Counted from the first letter of the stretch, positions 12,936 through 26,948 are shown. The stretch is 64,000 nucleotides of DNA from Octopus vulgaris (GCA_951406725.2 OX597828.1:76198001-76262000); one strand, 5' to 3'. Made by a program: numbers and translations. Notes: generated by a model from the letters alone, not told the origin.

Positions 12936-15100
12936 TCAACGAGGAGTTTGCATATTAAGTTGTGTTTGGAATTTTTCAATAAAGAGATTCTCCTTGTTAA
13001 TTCTCTCCTGTGTGGTGATCCCGTCTTTACATTGGTAGAAGGGGAATATATAGAATTTGGGGTTTAAGTCTTTAGCACATGAGTCTAAGTGGTCACTCAG
13101 TGGAATTTGTCGGTATTCCGGGAGATTTATTTGTTCTTTATGCACCGTTACTCGTTTACGTAACGGGAGACTCGTTTGTCCAACATAATTATGTTGGCAA
13201 CCAGCGCATGTGAGAACGTAGATAAGGTTCTCGGAGGAACAGGAGAAGTTAGTCTTGATTTTAAACTTCGTACCTTGTTTGAAGGTAAATTCAGAGCCTT
13301 CAAGTAGAAAGGGGCAGGTACCACAGTTTGAGCGTGCACATTTTTTTACTGTTGGGGGTGGATGTGGTGTGTGAAGTTTGGCATTTGTCAAGAGTTTTTT
13401 TAAAGATTTGTGTTGCCTTTTGCATTTGAGGATTTTGTGTGTATTTATAATGTTTTTCATTTTTGGGTCTGTTGACAGTAGACTGAGGTTTTGTATGATT
13501 GTGGTGTATGCTTCGATATTTTTGGGGTTGTGGGTGGAAATGTATGGAAGTATTTTGAGGTTGTGTGTGGTGTTAGGTTGTGTGGTTATCAGTGTAGTGT
13601 TGTCTAGTTCTTTGGCGCGTTTTATTCCATACTCTATAAGGGTGGAGGGATATTGACGTTGTAATAGTGTTTTTTTGAGGTCTTGAAGGCGTATTTCTCG
13701 TGTTTTCGGATCCGAGACAATGGTGCATACCCTTTTAGCTGAATTGAAAGGGATATTTGTCTTGGTGTGTTTTGGGTGGCATGAACTAAAGAGGAGGTAT
13801 TGTTGTGAGTCTGTAGGTTTGTGGTAGATGTCTGTTATGATTTGGTTCTCAGGTGTTTTTATAATTAGGAGATCAAGGAATGGGAGATGATGTTTGCTTA
13901 ATTCCATAGTGAATTGGATGTTGGGATGTATGTTGTTTAGTATGGTTTTGAATTCCAGGAGTTTTTCATAAGGTTCTTTCCATATGATGAAACAATCATC
14001 TAAATACCTTTTCCAGTTTTCCATTAGGTAGGTGTGGAAAACATGTCCAAATTTCTGGCTTGATATTTCATAGAGTGACAGTTCGAAGTAACCCATTATG
14101 AGGTTCGCAAGGACTGGTGCAGCCTTGGTACCCATCGCAATGCCACATTTTTGACGGTAGTGTGTGTCGTCGAAGAGAAAAAATTGTTTGTCAGAATGAA
14201 CTTAAGAGATTCTGTAATAAAAGACTTGTTAATGCGGTCAGGGAATGTCTCTGGGTGTTTTTCTAGCCAGAAGTCAATTGCCTCTATACCATACTCATGT
14301 GGAATGTTGGTGTAGAGGTTGATGACATCAAAGGATACCAGGAGTGCCTCCTCGTTAACTGTTTTCGGGAGGTGTTTGAGCATGTCCAGATCATCCCTAA
14401 TGAAACTTTTGATGTGGGTAAGGAAAGGTTTCAAAAGGATGTCTAGGAAGTTACTCAGGCGGTGTGTTTCACAGGAGGTACCAGCCACGATGGGCCTTAG
14501 TTTTAGGTCCTCCGGTGCTTTGATGTTGATGTGGATGTCAGTGGAGAGTTTGCAGGCTTCGGTGATGTATTTGTTTTTATGGATTTTAGGAAGGCCATAA
14601 AAAAGGCTGGGCTTGCATTTGAAAATGGTGATATAATCCCTTTCTTTTTCTGTGAGTCCCTGACCGTGTTGGCGTATGAGTGTGGTGAGGTTTCTGATTG
14701 TTTTTTGCTGTTTGTAGTTGTTAATAACCTCATAGAAAATGTTATTGTTAAGCATGGAGAACACTAGGTGTTTATAAAATTCCGTGTCCATAAGGACCAC
14801 AGCACTCCCTTTGTCCGCTTCTTTGATGGTGAGGTTTTTATCCAGTTGTATGTCACGTAGGTTTTTCCATTCTTCCTTACTGAAATTGGATTTTACCTTG
14901 GTTTTGCTTGGGGTAAAGGGGAGACTCTGGATGTGTTTACAGAAATCGTCCAGTGTTTTATTTCTCCTTTTGGTGGTAGGAAGTTGCTTTTATTTCTGAT
15001 CAATGAGTCGTCCCCATTGTTGATATCTGTCAAAGCTTCTGTTAGGCGAAGTTTTCTGCAGAATTCAGAAACGTCATCCTTGACCTCCGGGGGGTCACCT
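12936..15100 (-). mobile_element. Penelope-like element (Neptune-type): RT + Cys-rich linker + GIY-YIG endonuclease, 5' truncated, frameshift near 14170
   Basis: ADKGSAVV, LRPIV, SFDVINLYTNIP, AMGTKAAP, WKRYLDDCF, LPFLDL, YHKPTD, CARSNCGTC, NLIYVLTC..YVGQT in ORFs 14096-14800 and 12936-14135. Confidence 0.93.
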
Positions 15101-15102
15101 TA

Positions 15103-15549
15103 ATTCTTATACAACAGGATTGTTTAAATAACCTATTTTATTACACACATGTGAGTGAGAACACTTTGAGATATTTTTGGTATCTAACATATGTCAGATA
15201 CTGCAAGCGCTGCTTTTGATTGGTCAATCCATGGTGATGACCCGATGTCACGGTGACAGCGCTGCTTCTGATTGGTCAATTCATGGTGATGACCCGAGGT
15301 CACGGTGACGGCACTACTTTTGTCATTCATAAGTTACAACTAAACGTGAAGAATTTAGTTATTGGGTTAATAAAATATGGTCGTTTATTCGTGTGTAATA
15401 AATAAAATACCAAACTCATTCCCTATGGATACCGTATTTATTACAACGAGTGGCTTGTAAACGAATCTAACGAGCTTTCGCTCGTTAGATACGTTTACAA
15501 GCCACTCGTTGTAATAAATACGGTATCCATAGGGAACTCGTTTGGTATT
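15103..15549. mobile_element. Non-autonomous hairpin-bearing DNA element (Crypton-like, tentative)
   Basis: Two ~52-bp direct repeats with TGATTGG (15207-15310), inverted TTATTACACAC/GTGTGTAATAA motifs, and a ~144-bp terminal hairpin 15406-15549. Confidence 0.55.
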
Positions 15550-16026
15550 CTCTCTCTCTCTATATATATATGCATGGCTTTGTGTATGTATCGATGGGTG
15601 CGTATATATGTGTATATGTAAATGTATGTATATACATATGTGAGTGTATGTATGTATGTATGTAGTTCATATTTGTGAGCGTAATCTCTTCAGTGGTGAA
15701 GATATTCCCTAAGATGTTCTGTATGTTTGTTTGGAGGTTCATCATATCAGACTGAATGACACTGTTTTATGCTTTATATTTATCGGGCGAGCGGTTCGCT
15801 GGTTGGTTGGAAGTAAGAATGAGTAGGTAAATAGAATTAGAGTAATGAATTAATTAATTAAATAGAGGAAATTAAAATATAGATAAGGTAAGAAAATAAA
15901 GTACATTTGTCAGTTGTACATAAATCTGGGAAAATTTGTATATATACAATTACACAAACACGTATATACGCGCGTGCATGCATTCATCTCTACGTCCATA
16001 TATATACATACATACATACATACATA

Positions 16027-16081
<55 letters not shown>

Positions 16082-16095
16082 AATGAGGGTGAGAA

Positions 16096-16131
<36 letters not shown>

Positions 16132-16830
16132 TTGTCAACCTAGTGGTTATCCCTATATATATATATATCAGAAAATAATTTTATTCTCAAACGTATGATA
16201 ATGCTAATAACATAGCTGTTGTGTCTGGGGAGGGTCATTCTTTTAACACACACACCGGTAACATTTCCACTCATATTATTTATTTTTCTAAAGTTTTCGT
16301 TGCTTCTTCCAACCTTTTCAGTACTTGTTGACTCTGACCGTTATTCAAGCCGTTCTTTTTCTTTGTTCTTTGTTTGTGCGCATGTGTGTGAGTCAGTGTG
16401 TGTTCGCATACACATGTATGCGCGTATGCATTCATACATGTAAGTGTGTCTATGCATGTATGTACGTGTGTGTGTGGATGTATATATGTATGCATGTGTG
16501 TACGTGTGTATGTATGTATTCTGCATCTTCATGTGTTTGCGTGTTTTTATGTGTGTGCGTGTGTGGGTGTTTGCATTTAGACTTTTTCATTATTCATCAA
16601 CCCTCAGAAGAAATTGATATAGATCAATGTTGATCAGTTAAATTCGATTGTTTAGTGGAATTTTAAATATTTATTTTACACTATAGCGTTTCTATGGAAG
16701 GGTAACTTATATTACGGCTTCTGAAATTGGTTATGTCTGAATTTACATGTGTGAATAATAAATGTCTATGTGTACATGCTTGCAAGCGTAGGTAAAATTT
16801 AATTATGGATATATATATATATGTGTGTAT

Positions 16831-16880
<50 letters not shown>

Positions 16881-16888
16881 ATACACAT

Positions 16889-16927
<39 letters not shown>

Positions 16928-16928
16928 C

Positions 16929-16963
<35 letters not shown>

Positions 16964-17122
16964 CGGAAATATACACATATACACATGCACACACACATAT
17001 GTATATACATACATTTACATACACTCACATATACATATATACATACGCAGACATACACATATACACATACATACGCACCCATCGATACATACACAAACCC
17101 ATGCATATATGCATATATATTA

Positions 17123-17162
<40 letters not shown>

Positions 17163-17461
17163 TGTTTCTAGATAGATAAATGCATACATACACTTACGCA
17201 TACACACCTACACAGTCGCATGAATATATGTACTCACGAAAATACATATACACATGCATACCTACGCACTTATAAGTATGTGCTAAAACCACTGCCCAGA
17301 TATAGGTGTATATATGTACACATACTGATCTTCGCTCATACAGGTATATACATAGATAAGCAAGTGTATCTTCTTACGTACATATATACTTGTACATAGT
17401 TACTTTCAGTATTTCCTTGGAGGACACCATCCTTTCATGAGACCAACATAAGGTTTACCTG

Positions 17462-17526
<65 letters not shown>

Positions 17527-17535
17527 CACACACAC

Positions 17536-17584
<49 letters not shown>

Positions 17585-17770
17585 CACACATACACACATA
17601 TATATATATACATATATATACACACACACACACATATATATATATACACAAATATATATATGTATATATATACATACATATATATATATATAATATCATA
17701 TTTATATATATATATATATAAAATATAATATGTATATATCAATATATATATGTATGCATATCTATCTATA

Positions 17771-17913
<143 letters not shown>

Positions 17914-18019
17914 CCCTCCTTCCCTCCTTCCCTTCTTTCCTGAGCGTCAATAATACTTTAATTGTTCCACGTCCTGCGTTGCTGGGTTTTTTTTTTTTGC
18001 TGTGTTTTCTTGTTTGGAT

Positions 18020-18059
<40 letters not shown>

Positions 18060-18202
18060 CCTATAAAATTCAGCTAAACGTGATATGAGGGTGACGTGAA
18101 TCATAATTGTGCAATGAATCAAGGCTGATATGGGGATAAACACCAACTGTAACGATACTCACACACACACACACACACACACAGACACACACACACATAT
18201 AT

Positions 18203-18235
<33 letters not shown>

Positions 18236-19696
18236 GGATATATAATCGTACACATGTGCGCGTGCACACAGACACACACATTAAACCTGGAGATTTGCAA
18301 AAAAATATTTGGTATTATTTATTCACAACTACACGTCTTCCATTTGTTAATAGCAGTTACAGAATTGAACATGTGAGAGAAACTTGTAAGGTATCTCCTA
18401 TAAAAAATTTCCTCCATTGTAAACTATCACTGAGAAACCTAGAAAGATCACTTAAAGCTGGTAATAGAAAAATATATTTTGTAAAAAAAAATTGTTTATG
18501 TAATACAAGATATTATTTCATTAAGGAATAACAGAGTAAAGTAGAATAATATCGAATGTCGTAAAGAATCTCATTCTGTATATGAAATAAATGACAAGAG
18601 TCTACAGGTTTAATGCAAATTGCAGTTGCTTTCTGAAACTGTGCAATTCTCTCGACCATAAGGACAACACACCTCTCAGAGGATTGTTCAAATTTTGAAG
18701 TGCATTTCATACTTCCCTTTCATTTGTTGTTGAGAACCCCTTCTCTTAGGAAATCTAACCAGAATTTCCAAGGCTTCAACAACCAGCATTTAAATCACCT
18801 CAATAAACAGCCAAATCAAAAGTTCCCTAACAGCTGATGCTGAACATTTTCACTTCCACACCAAGTGAATGTCTAATTAGTAAATTCATAATTTAATCTC
18901 ATTAGACCCATTCCGCAAATCCACAGCTGTCTCTAATGGATTACACACCCATCTTATTTTTCTACGATGAAATATTTTACAGCATGAACTTTTAAAAGAT
19001 AATACTCATAACATTATCTGTGAAGATGTGGCAAACTCCAAAATGTGTCTCTTTCGAAGTATAACGGAAACTGGATTTATCTGCTGCATGGATAACTACA
19101 TCTCAAATCACTATCAGATCCCGAAAACAAAAGTATGATCCCTTTCTTGCAGTGATAAATTCAAATATGGAAGCTTTGTAATCCAACGTGATGGTCAATT
19201 TAGCGCGATGAAGAAAGCCACCATCTCCGTTTTCATGTCGGTAAGAAATGCGAAGATTTTGATTTCTTTACAGAGTTTGAAAATCAGCGCTAGAATTGTC
19301 CACCTTTTAAATACCATCGAATTGAAAAAATTTAGTAATAAAGCTTCGTATTCGATAAAAAATATCTTCGTCTATCTGAAATAGGGAGTTGATTTCAATG
19401 CATGATTATATATAACTGATACAGTTAACATCTTCCAACAGTTTTTTCGATTAGATTGTTTTTCTTTCGTAAACTTCGATTCCAAAAACTGTCATTGATT
19501 TCCTGTGATTAATACAGTGAAAACTGATTAAATTGGAGAAACATGTTTCACCCGCACTTCTACACCTTACGGAAGCCACGTTACAGACGCAAATCCAACA
19601 TTATTAATCAGATTTGTCCAAGGCAAATCTAACTTTATCAAGAAAGTATTTATTTATTCGAGGCAACCGCAGAAATAAAGTTTAGCACAAAATAGT

Positions 19697-19726
19697 AATA
19701 ACAACAACAACAACAACAACAACAAC

Positions 19727-19778
<52 letters not shown>
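19697..19778. repeat. (AAC)n(AAT)n tract, 5' flank and target of the Dong element
   Basis: Direct sequence. Confidence 0.9.
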
Positions 19779-22700
19779 GGGTTACACGTAGTGAACCCTA
19801 AACTGACAGATCCATCTCCTAATATAAGAATGGATGCTCGTCATGCTTCAAGGTCAACAAATCAAACAATAAACCGCATTGGTCATTGCGCGGATTACAA
19901 AAGACCACGTACCCGAAAATTGAACCAAATCCTGATTGAAAAATCAGTTACTGGATCAAATCTTCCCAACACACAGGAGCTGGACGAACCCCACAACCGG
20001 AATATTCCAACAGATGGCCATCCATGCTCATCACCAAATAATCAAAAGAAAAAGAAGGAAAAATGGTCTAGGGAAGATAATAAAGAAGTTCTTGAGGCCT
20101 TCTACCATGCCATATATTTCCCCACAGATAAGTCTAGCACTGTACAAGCATACTTAAACTGGAGACAGAAACACCCTGAAGTAAGACCCTACATAGACAG
20201 TAACAAGCTTGCCAATGTTAGAAGAAACATTATAAAAAAGAAATTACTGACTGAAGTAGAGATTGATCAGGTTAGACAAGCAATATCGGATAAAATGAAC
20301 GAAGCTGCAGCTAGAGAAGATAATACAGAGGAAATGATTATAGACCAGCCCAGGGCGGATAAAAACGAAGAGAGGATTGAAAGAGTTAGTATAAGTGATA
20401 GGCAAAGTGAAATACGCCCTGAACCAATCATAAACACTAAGACAGATGAGCATCAAATAGATAAAGAAAGTCACACAAATATTGACCCAACAGAACTACA
20501 TGAGCTAAAAAATCAAATCATGATTGAATGGCTGAAAATTAAAGAAACCAGCATGGATGAGCGTGATACACTTCCTAAAATCCGCAACTCTAACCAAAAC
20601 ATGAAAATAATTGGTAAAATCCGGCTTGCACTTAAGGATATAATTTCAGTTAATGATGTTGATATCACAAACCTCAACCACCTATACTATGCATCCGCGA
20701 AAATCTCAACGATCCTATGTGGTGTAAAGATTAGAAAACGGCAACAGTCCCACAAAAAGCCTTCTTGGCAAGAGCGTCTGCAACAACAAATTAAAATATT
20801 TAGATCTGACATTGAATATTTGAAAAACCTTAAGGCTCACAAGATTACCAAACCTACAAAAACCCCAAAATTACTGAAAAAATACAATATGAAAACTATA
20901 CTTGATATTGATGCCACCATAGAAACCATCAAACAAAAGGTATCTGCCAAAGCTGCCCGCATAGCGAGGTATGAAAAGCGTGTTAGATTTTTCAAGGACA
21001 ACAACATGTTCAAAAATAACACCAAGAATTTTTACAGGAAGATGGGAAAAACAGCGTTTACTGCAGGGTCTGTACCATCAAAAGAAAAAGTGCAGAGATT
21101 TTGGAATAAAATCTGGGCAGAAGAAAAAACACACAACGAAAAGGCCCCCTGGATTGACAGAATATCTACAGAACTGGACCCCTTAGAAGAGCAAAAGTGG
21201 GAGGGTGTCAAGGTAGAAGATATAAGATCTGCTCTCAGGAGGTCAAGCAAATGGAAGTCTCCAGGAAAGGATAAAATTCCTAACTTCTGGCTGAATGCCT
21301 TCCCAGAGAGCCATGAACTGCTAACAGAACTGTACAATGATGTTTTGCAACACCCTAGTAGGATGCCTCCTTGGCTAGTTAATGGGTTAACATTCCTGCT
21401 TCCAAAAAGTGAAGAAACAAATGAACCAAAAAACTATAGACCCATAACTTGCTTAACAACTATGTACAAAACACTAACATCTGTCCTGACGGAATATACC
21501 TATAGTTTTTTAACAGACAGCAGCATATTCCCTAATGAACAGAAAGGATGTAAACGTGGATCCTACGGCTGTAAAGACCAACTACTCATCAATAAGATGA
21601 TCTTAGAAGATTGTCACAAACGACACAAAAACTTATCAATAGCCTGGATAGACTATAAAAAGGCTTTTGATAGCCTACCACATAGCTGGATTAGGAAATG
21701 CCTTGAAATGTATAAGATAGCACCAACTCTGCGAAACTTCTTGACTGTAAGTATGAGATCATGGAGAACCACACTAACTCTGAACAGTGACAGTGAATCC
21801 CTAAATGCTGGTGATGTAAAAATTTCGTGTGGCATTTTCCAGGGTGACTCACTGTCACCACTCCTCTTTTGTTTATCCTTAATACCTCTCTCAAAGCTGC
21901 TCAATGACGCGCAGTACGGGTATAAAATGTTTGATAAAAATATAAATCATCTCGTTTACATGGATGATTTAAAGCTTTTTGCAAAAAATGATCAACAACT
22001 CAAGGGCTTACTAGCGATAGTCAAACAATTCAGTGACGACATCAGAATGCAATTCGGCCTCGATAAATGTGCAAAGGCTACCTTTATCAAAGGAAAAATG
22101 ACAGAAACATCTAACGTTAACCTTGACCAACAGAATGTCATAAAAGAACTAGACCCAGCGGAGAGCTACAAGTACCTAGGGATAATTGAAGGGAACGGAA
22201 TAAGGCATTCAGAGATGAAGGAAAGGATCAGGAGAGAATGCTATCGAAGAGTGAGAGCAATACTCAAGACAGAGCTGAATGCAAGAAACAGGATCGAAGC
22301 AATCAATGCATTAGCTATACCAGTCGTGACTTACAGTTTCAATATTGTTAACTGGTCAATTACTGAAATATGTCAGCTCGACAGAAAAATAAGGAAACTG
22401 TTGACAATGCATAGAATGCACCACCCTAAGGCAGATACAGAACGACTCTATCTGCCGAGAAAAGAGGAGGCCGTGGTCTTTTGCAACTGGCAATAACAAT
22501 GAAGATTGCTACAATTGGCCTAGACACCTACCTGAAAAACTCTGAGGACTGGATGCTAAAACTTGTCTCAAAACATGAAAACAAGAAAGCATCATACTCA
22601 GTCACAAAACAGGCAAAGGAATATCTAAGTGAATTCCGAATACAACCAATTTCGGAATTAGAGATAGATATACAAGAAACAAGCACAGAAAAAGCTAGGC

Positions 22701-23740
22701 GCATGAAAACCCGTGCCAAAACTGCGGCCTTAGATATTCTGAATAATAAATGGCAAGAAAAACCTCTCTATGGCAAATACCCAAAGAGAGCGAATAATGC
22801 AGATATCGACAAAGCCCTGACCCATCAATGGCTAATGGCCTCTGGCTTAAAATCTGAAACAGAGGGGTTTATCATAGCAGCTCAAGATCAATGCCTACCA
22901 ACAAGAAACTACCAGGCCAACATATTAAAGATCAGAAGCAGTCCAACGTGTCGTGTATGCAAGCAACAAAATGAAACCATTGACCATGTGGTCTCCAAGT
23001 GCAGTCTTCTAGCGCCTACAGAGTATCTCAACAGGCACGATAGAGCTGCACAATATATTCACTGGGTAATCTGTAAAAACCTGGATTTGCCCCATGAAAA
23101 AAACTGGTGGGAACACAAACCACCCCAGTGCTTGAAAATGACCACATCTCACTCCTCTGGAACTTCACCATTCAAACTGACAGGAAGATAGATGCAAATA
23201 GGCCAGACATCATATTGAAAAACTTCAAACAAAGATCATGCCTCCTCATTGATATGACTGTCCCAATCGATATAAACGTATCTGTCAAGACCTACCAAAA
23301 ACTGAGCAAATATAAAGATCTTGAAATAGAAATCAGCAAAATGTGGAAGCTGAAGACTAAAACAATACCTGTTGTCATAGGTGCCCTGGGAATGATAGCA
23401 AAAGGGGCTGATAGCTACCTAACTCAGATACCAGGAAACCCAAAAATGGCAGAAGTTCAAAAGATAGTGCTCATGGGAACTGCTCATATCCTACGCAAAA
23501 TACTCTCTATGTAATCTCAAGGTTTAAAACAAATATAATTTTCGGTTTAAAAAAAAAAAAAAAAAAAAAAACCTTTTTTTTTTTCTTTTTAGACATTCAT
23601 TAGTACAACATCCCCACCCCCCAAATATATGGCACACTAGGCATAACAACAACATGAACTTCCAACCCTGTTGTCTCTTGAGGTCTCTGGGTGAGACTTG
23701 GAGCCAACTTGTACAAATATAAAGCAAAAGTCAAACATAG
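19779..23740 (+). mobile_element. R4/Dong-clade non-LTR retrotransposon (RT + CCHC + restriction-like endonuclease) inserted in (TAA)n, near full length
   Basis: KWKSPGKDKI, NYRPITCL, EQKGC, IDYKKAFDS, GIFQGDSLSPLLF, YMDDLK, CRVC..ETIDHVVSKC, RHD, RPDI..IDMTVP, KLSKYKDL; ~225-bp 3' UTR ending AGTCAAACATAG then (AAT)n. Confidence 0.95.
19791..23514 (+). CDS. Dong/R4 ORF split into three frames (19791-22496, 22481-23191, 23107-23514) by two single-base deletions
   Basis: Domain order is contiguous; breaks at AGAAAAGAGGAGGCC (expected RKEGGRGL) and CCACCCCAG (CCACCCCCAG in the copy at ~51835). Confidence 0.85.
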
Positions 23741-23763
23741 AATAATAATAATAATAATAATAA

Positions 23764-24243
23764 GGTCACAGAAAACGAGAAAGCAACCATACTCTGGGAT
23801 ATGCCGATACACACAGATAGAGAAATTAAGGCCAACTGACCAGATATAGTTGTCAGAGACCATAAGAAAAAAATGGTTTCTAATTGATGTATCAATACCG
23901 GCAGATGACATGTCTCTAAAAGAAATGGAGAAACTCTCAAAATACAAAGACCTGGAAATAGAGGTAACTAGAATGTGGAATCTGAAAACAGAAACAATTC
24001 CTATCATAGTAGGTGCATTAGGCATGATAAAAAAATATTCAGACAAATACATAACAAAAACACCAGGACTTACAAACACATATAACATACAGAAAATTAC
24101 ACTACTAGGCACTGCACACATCCTACGCAGAACACTTTCCATACAATAACCATCAGAGCATCACAACAAATCACAGCACATACCCAAGGTACACAGAGCT
24201 GCGCTCGGTAGTGAAGTGAAAGCACGCTATAAAAATAAAACTA

Positions 24244-24246
<3 letters not shown>
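23764..24246 (+). mobile_element. 5'-truncated 3' fragment of a second, diverged R4/Dong subfamily
   Basis: ILWDMPIHTDREIKAN*PDI, LIDVSIP, KLSKYKDLEIEVTRMW, PIIVGALG, LLGTAHILRRTL; different 3' UTR; (AAT)n on both sides. Confidence 0.9.
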
Positions 24247-24294
<48 letters not shown>

Positions 24295-24296
<2 letters not shown>

Positions 24297-24684
24297 TGTC
24301 CCTTAGTGGCTGACGATATGTGCATCTCTGATCACGAGCAGAAGTAGTGGGGGAGCATCATAGCCATGTGTTGAGAGGGATTCTTTGGGGTTTGAATAAT
24401 TCACCTCTGGAAACATGGGTGGTTCTTTCAACATCCTTAAACGACCCTTATTCAGGGACCTTTTGAGCGGGATGGGCTACTCAACCTGAAGAAAATTCTA
24501 ACTGGGCCCCACCTGCAAGGTCATGTGCTGTTTATCTTGATATAAGATCACCATGTCGCGCACATATGGTTGTGATGCATGTACCTGGTGTACCCTTATC
24601 AGACGGGTAGTCATGATAGGTATATTGGGCTTCGTATATTTTACCCCAGCGTCACTTTGATGGCATGAACTGCTCTCTCACTCA
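24295..24684 (+). mobile_element. Unclassified non-coding repeat bounded by (AAT)n tracts (probable retroelement 3' portion)
   Basis: GC-richer ~390-bp island with sharp edges between two (AAT)n tracts; no ORF. Confidence 0.45.
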
Positions 24685-25314
24685 ATAATAATAAAAATTA
24701 AAATAATAATAATTATAATAATAATAATAATAATAATAATAGAGCGCCAACCTTGACAGCGGCCGGACGTTTTCTTCGCTGCTCTGACCAATTAGTAGCC
24801 GAAAACAAAGAAACACTAATACAACCCAGCAGGACAACTGAGAAATAACTGTCAAAACTGGAATATCTGCAATTTCTTATGAGTATTTTAAATTTCCCTC
24901 AAAATAAGTTAAGAAACTTACATGTCTAACTTACATATCGAACACACTAACGATATTAAAAACTTTAATATCTACAGCTTCTGTGACTACGTATCCTTTC
25001 CTTTCTCCCTGAGTATTCGAAAATATAAACATCCTTTTATATTTTTCATATTAAGAACACTACAGTTTTATCTGTTCGGACATACAGAAGATCATCTTTA
25101 CTAAATTTTAAAACTTTTAATTTCTACAATTATCTGTGAAAATTTTGCCCACTTTTTCATTCCTTACCTTCCTCCCTGAGTGTTCGAAAATGTTAACACT
25201 CGAAAATGCAAAAGCTCTACAGTCTTCTCTGATCGGACATACAAAAGAACATCTCTAGAAAATGTTAAAACCTAAATATCTACACAATAAGCAAAATAAG
25301 CTGTGAGGTTTAAT

Positions 25315-25535
<221 letters not shown>

Positions 25536-26186
25536 AGATATATTTTAAAAGATTTTTTGGTAATACATTGACTGTTCATTTCATAAACTCACAAACATGA
25601 TTTTTGCAGTACGCCATTATTGCTCTTTATTACACGGTTGTGATGTATTATTATAAGCGACCAGGAACTGTAAAGAGTTTAGTAAATATATTTTGGGGCC
25701 AGAAGCAGAGTCTGTAAAACTTTACAAGTTTATTACCAATATATGTGGTTTCGAAAACATTTTAAAGATTTACGATTTTCATCCAAAAAAACAATTACTA
25801 GCATATATTCTGTCCTCATACATATTGCTATGCAATATAAATATCAGGGGAAAATGTATCCAAATTAAAGTTTTTTTTTCACAAGAATGACAATCTACAG
25901 CGTAAAGTCATTAAAAAGTTTCCAGTCTTGTTTTCACAACTGAAAAAAATAATACGACAAAACAACAAAAAAACAATGTAGGTTGTTTCACTAATTGGAT
26001 CGGAATCTACGGTGGATTGACAGATGTTATGGAGTGGCAGTCAACATACCTACAGTATTTAATGCAGGTCTTTTAAGTTCTGGGTTCAAATCCCGGCCAA
26101 TTCAGTCTTAGGCACACACACGCACACACACATTTTATCTATCTATCTATCTATATATCCATATATCTATCCATCCATCCATCTAT

Positions 26187-26217
<31 letters not shown>

Positions 26218-26230
26218 CCTACCTACCTAC

Positions 26231-26290
<60 letters not shown>

Positions 26291-26301
26291 GTGTCTGTCT
26301 G

Positions 26302-26366
<65 letters not shown>

Positions 26367-26436
26367 TTATCTATCTGTCTATCTATCTATCGATATATCT
26401 TTCTATCAATCCCTCCCTCACTTTCCTCTCTCTTTA

Positions 26437-26488
<52 letters not shown>

Positions 26489-26493
26489 CATAT

Positions 26494-26654
26494 CAGGAGT
26501 GGCTGTGTGGTAAGTAGCTTGCTTACCAACAACATGGTTCCGGGTTCATTCCCACTGCGTGGCACCTTGGGCAAGTGTCTTCTACTATAGCCTCGGGCCA
26601 ACCAAAGCATTGTGAGTGGATTTGGTAGACGGAAACTGAAAGAAGCCCGTCGTA

Positions 26655-26734
<80 letters not shown>

Positions 26735-26936
26735 CGTGTGTGTGTCTGTGCTAATCCCCCCAACATCGCTTGACAAACGATGGCGGTGTGTTTACGTCCC
26801 TGTAACTTAGCGGTTCGGCAAAAGCGACCGATAGAATAAGTACTAGGCTTCTAAAGAATAAGTTCTGGGGTCGATTTGCTCGACTAAAGGCGGTGCTCCA
26901 GCATGGCCACAGTTAAATGACTGAAACAAGTAAAAT
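26494..26936 (+). mobile_element. tRNA-derived CORE-type SINE, family B (octopus OR-like), with internal (TA)/(TG) microsatellite
   Basis: tRNA-like head GTGGCTGTGTGGTAAG..GGGTTCATTCCC, CORE-like CACCTTGGGCAAGTG, tail GGTGCTCCAGCATGGCCACAGTTAAATGACTGAAACAAGTAAAA; four further copies in window. Confidence 0.85.
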
Positions 26937-26948
26937 AGTGTATATACA

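Noticed and set aside
18540-19680. Possible decayed transposon coding sequence
   Set aside because: No diagnostic motif recoverable by eye
24309-24345. CTGACGA hammerhead core candidate
   Set aside because: No stem II followed by GAAA and no stem I partner
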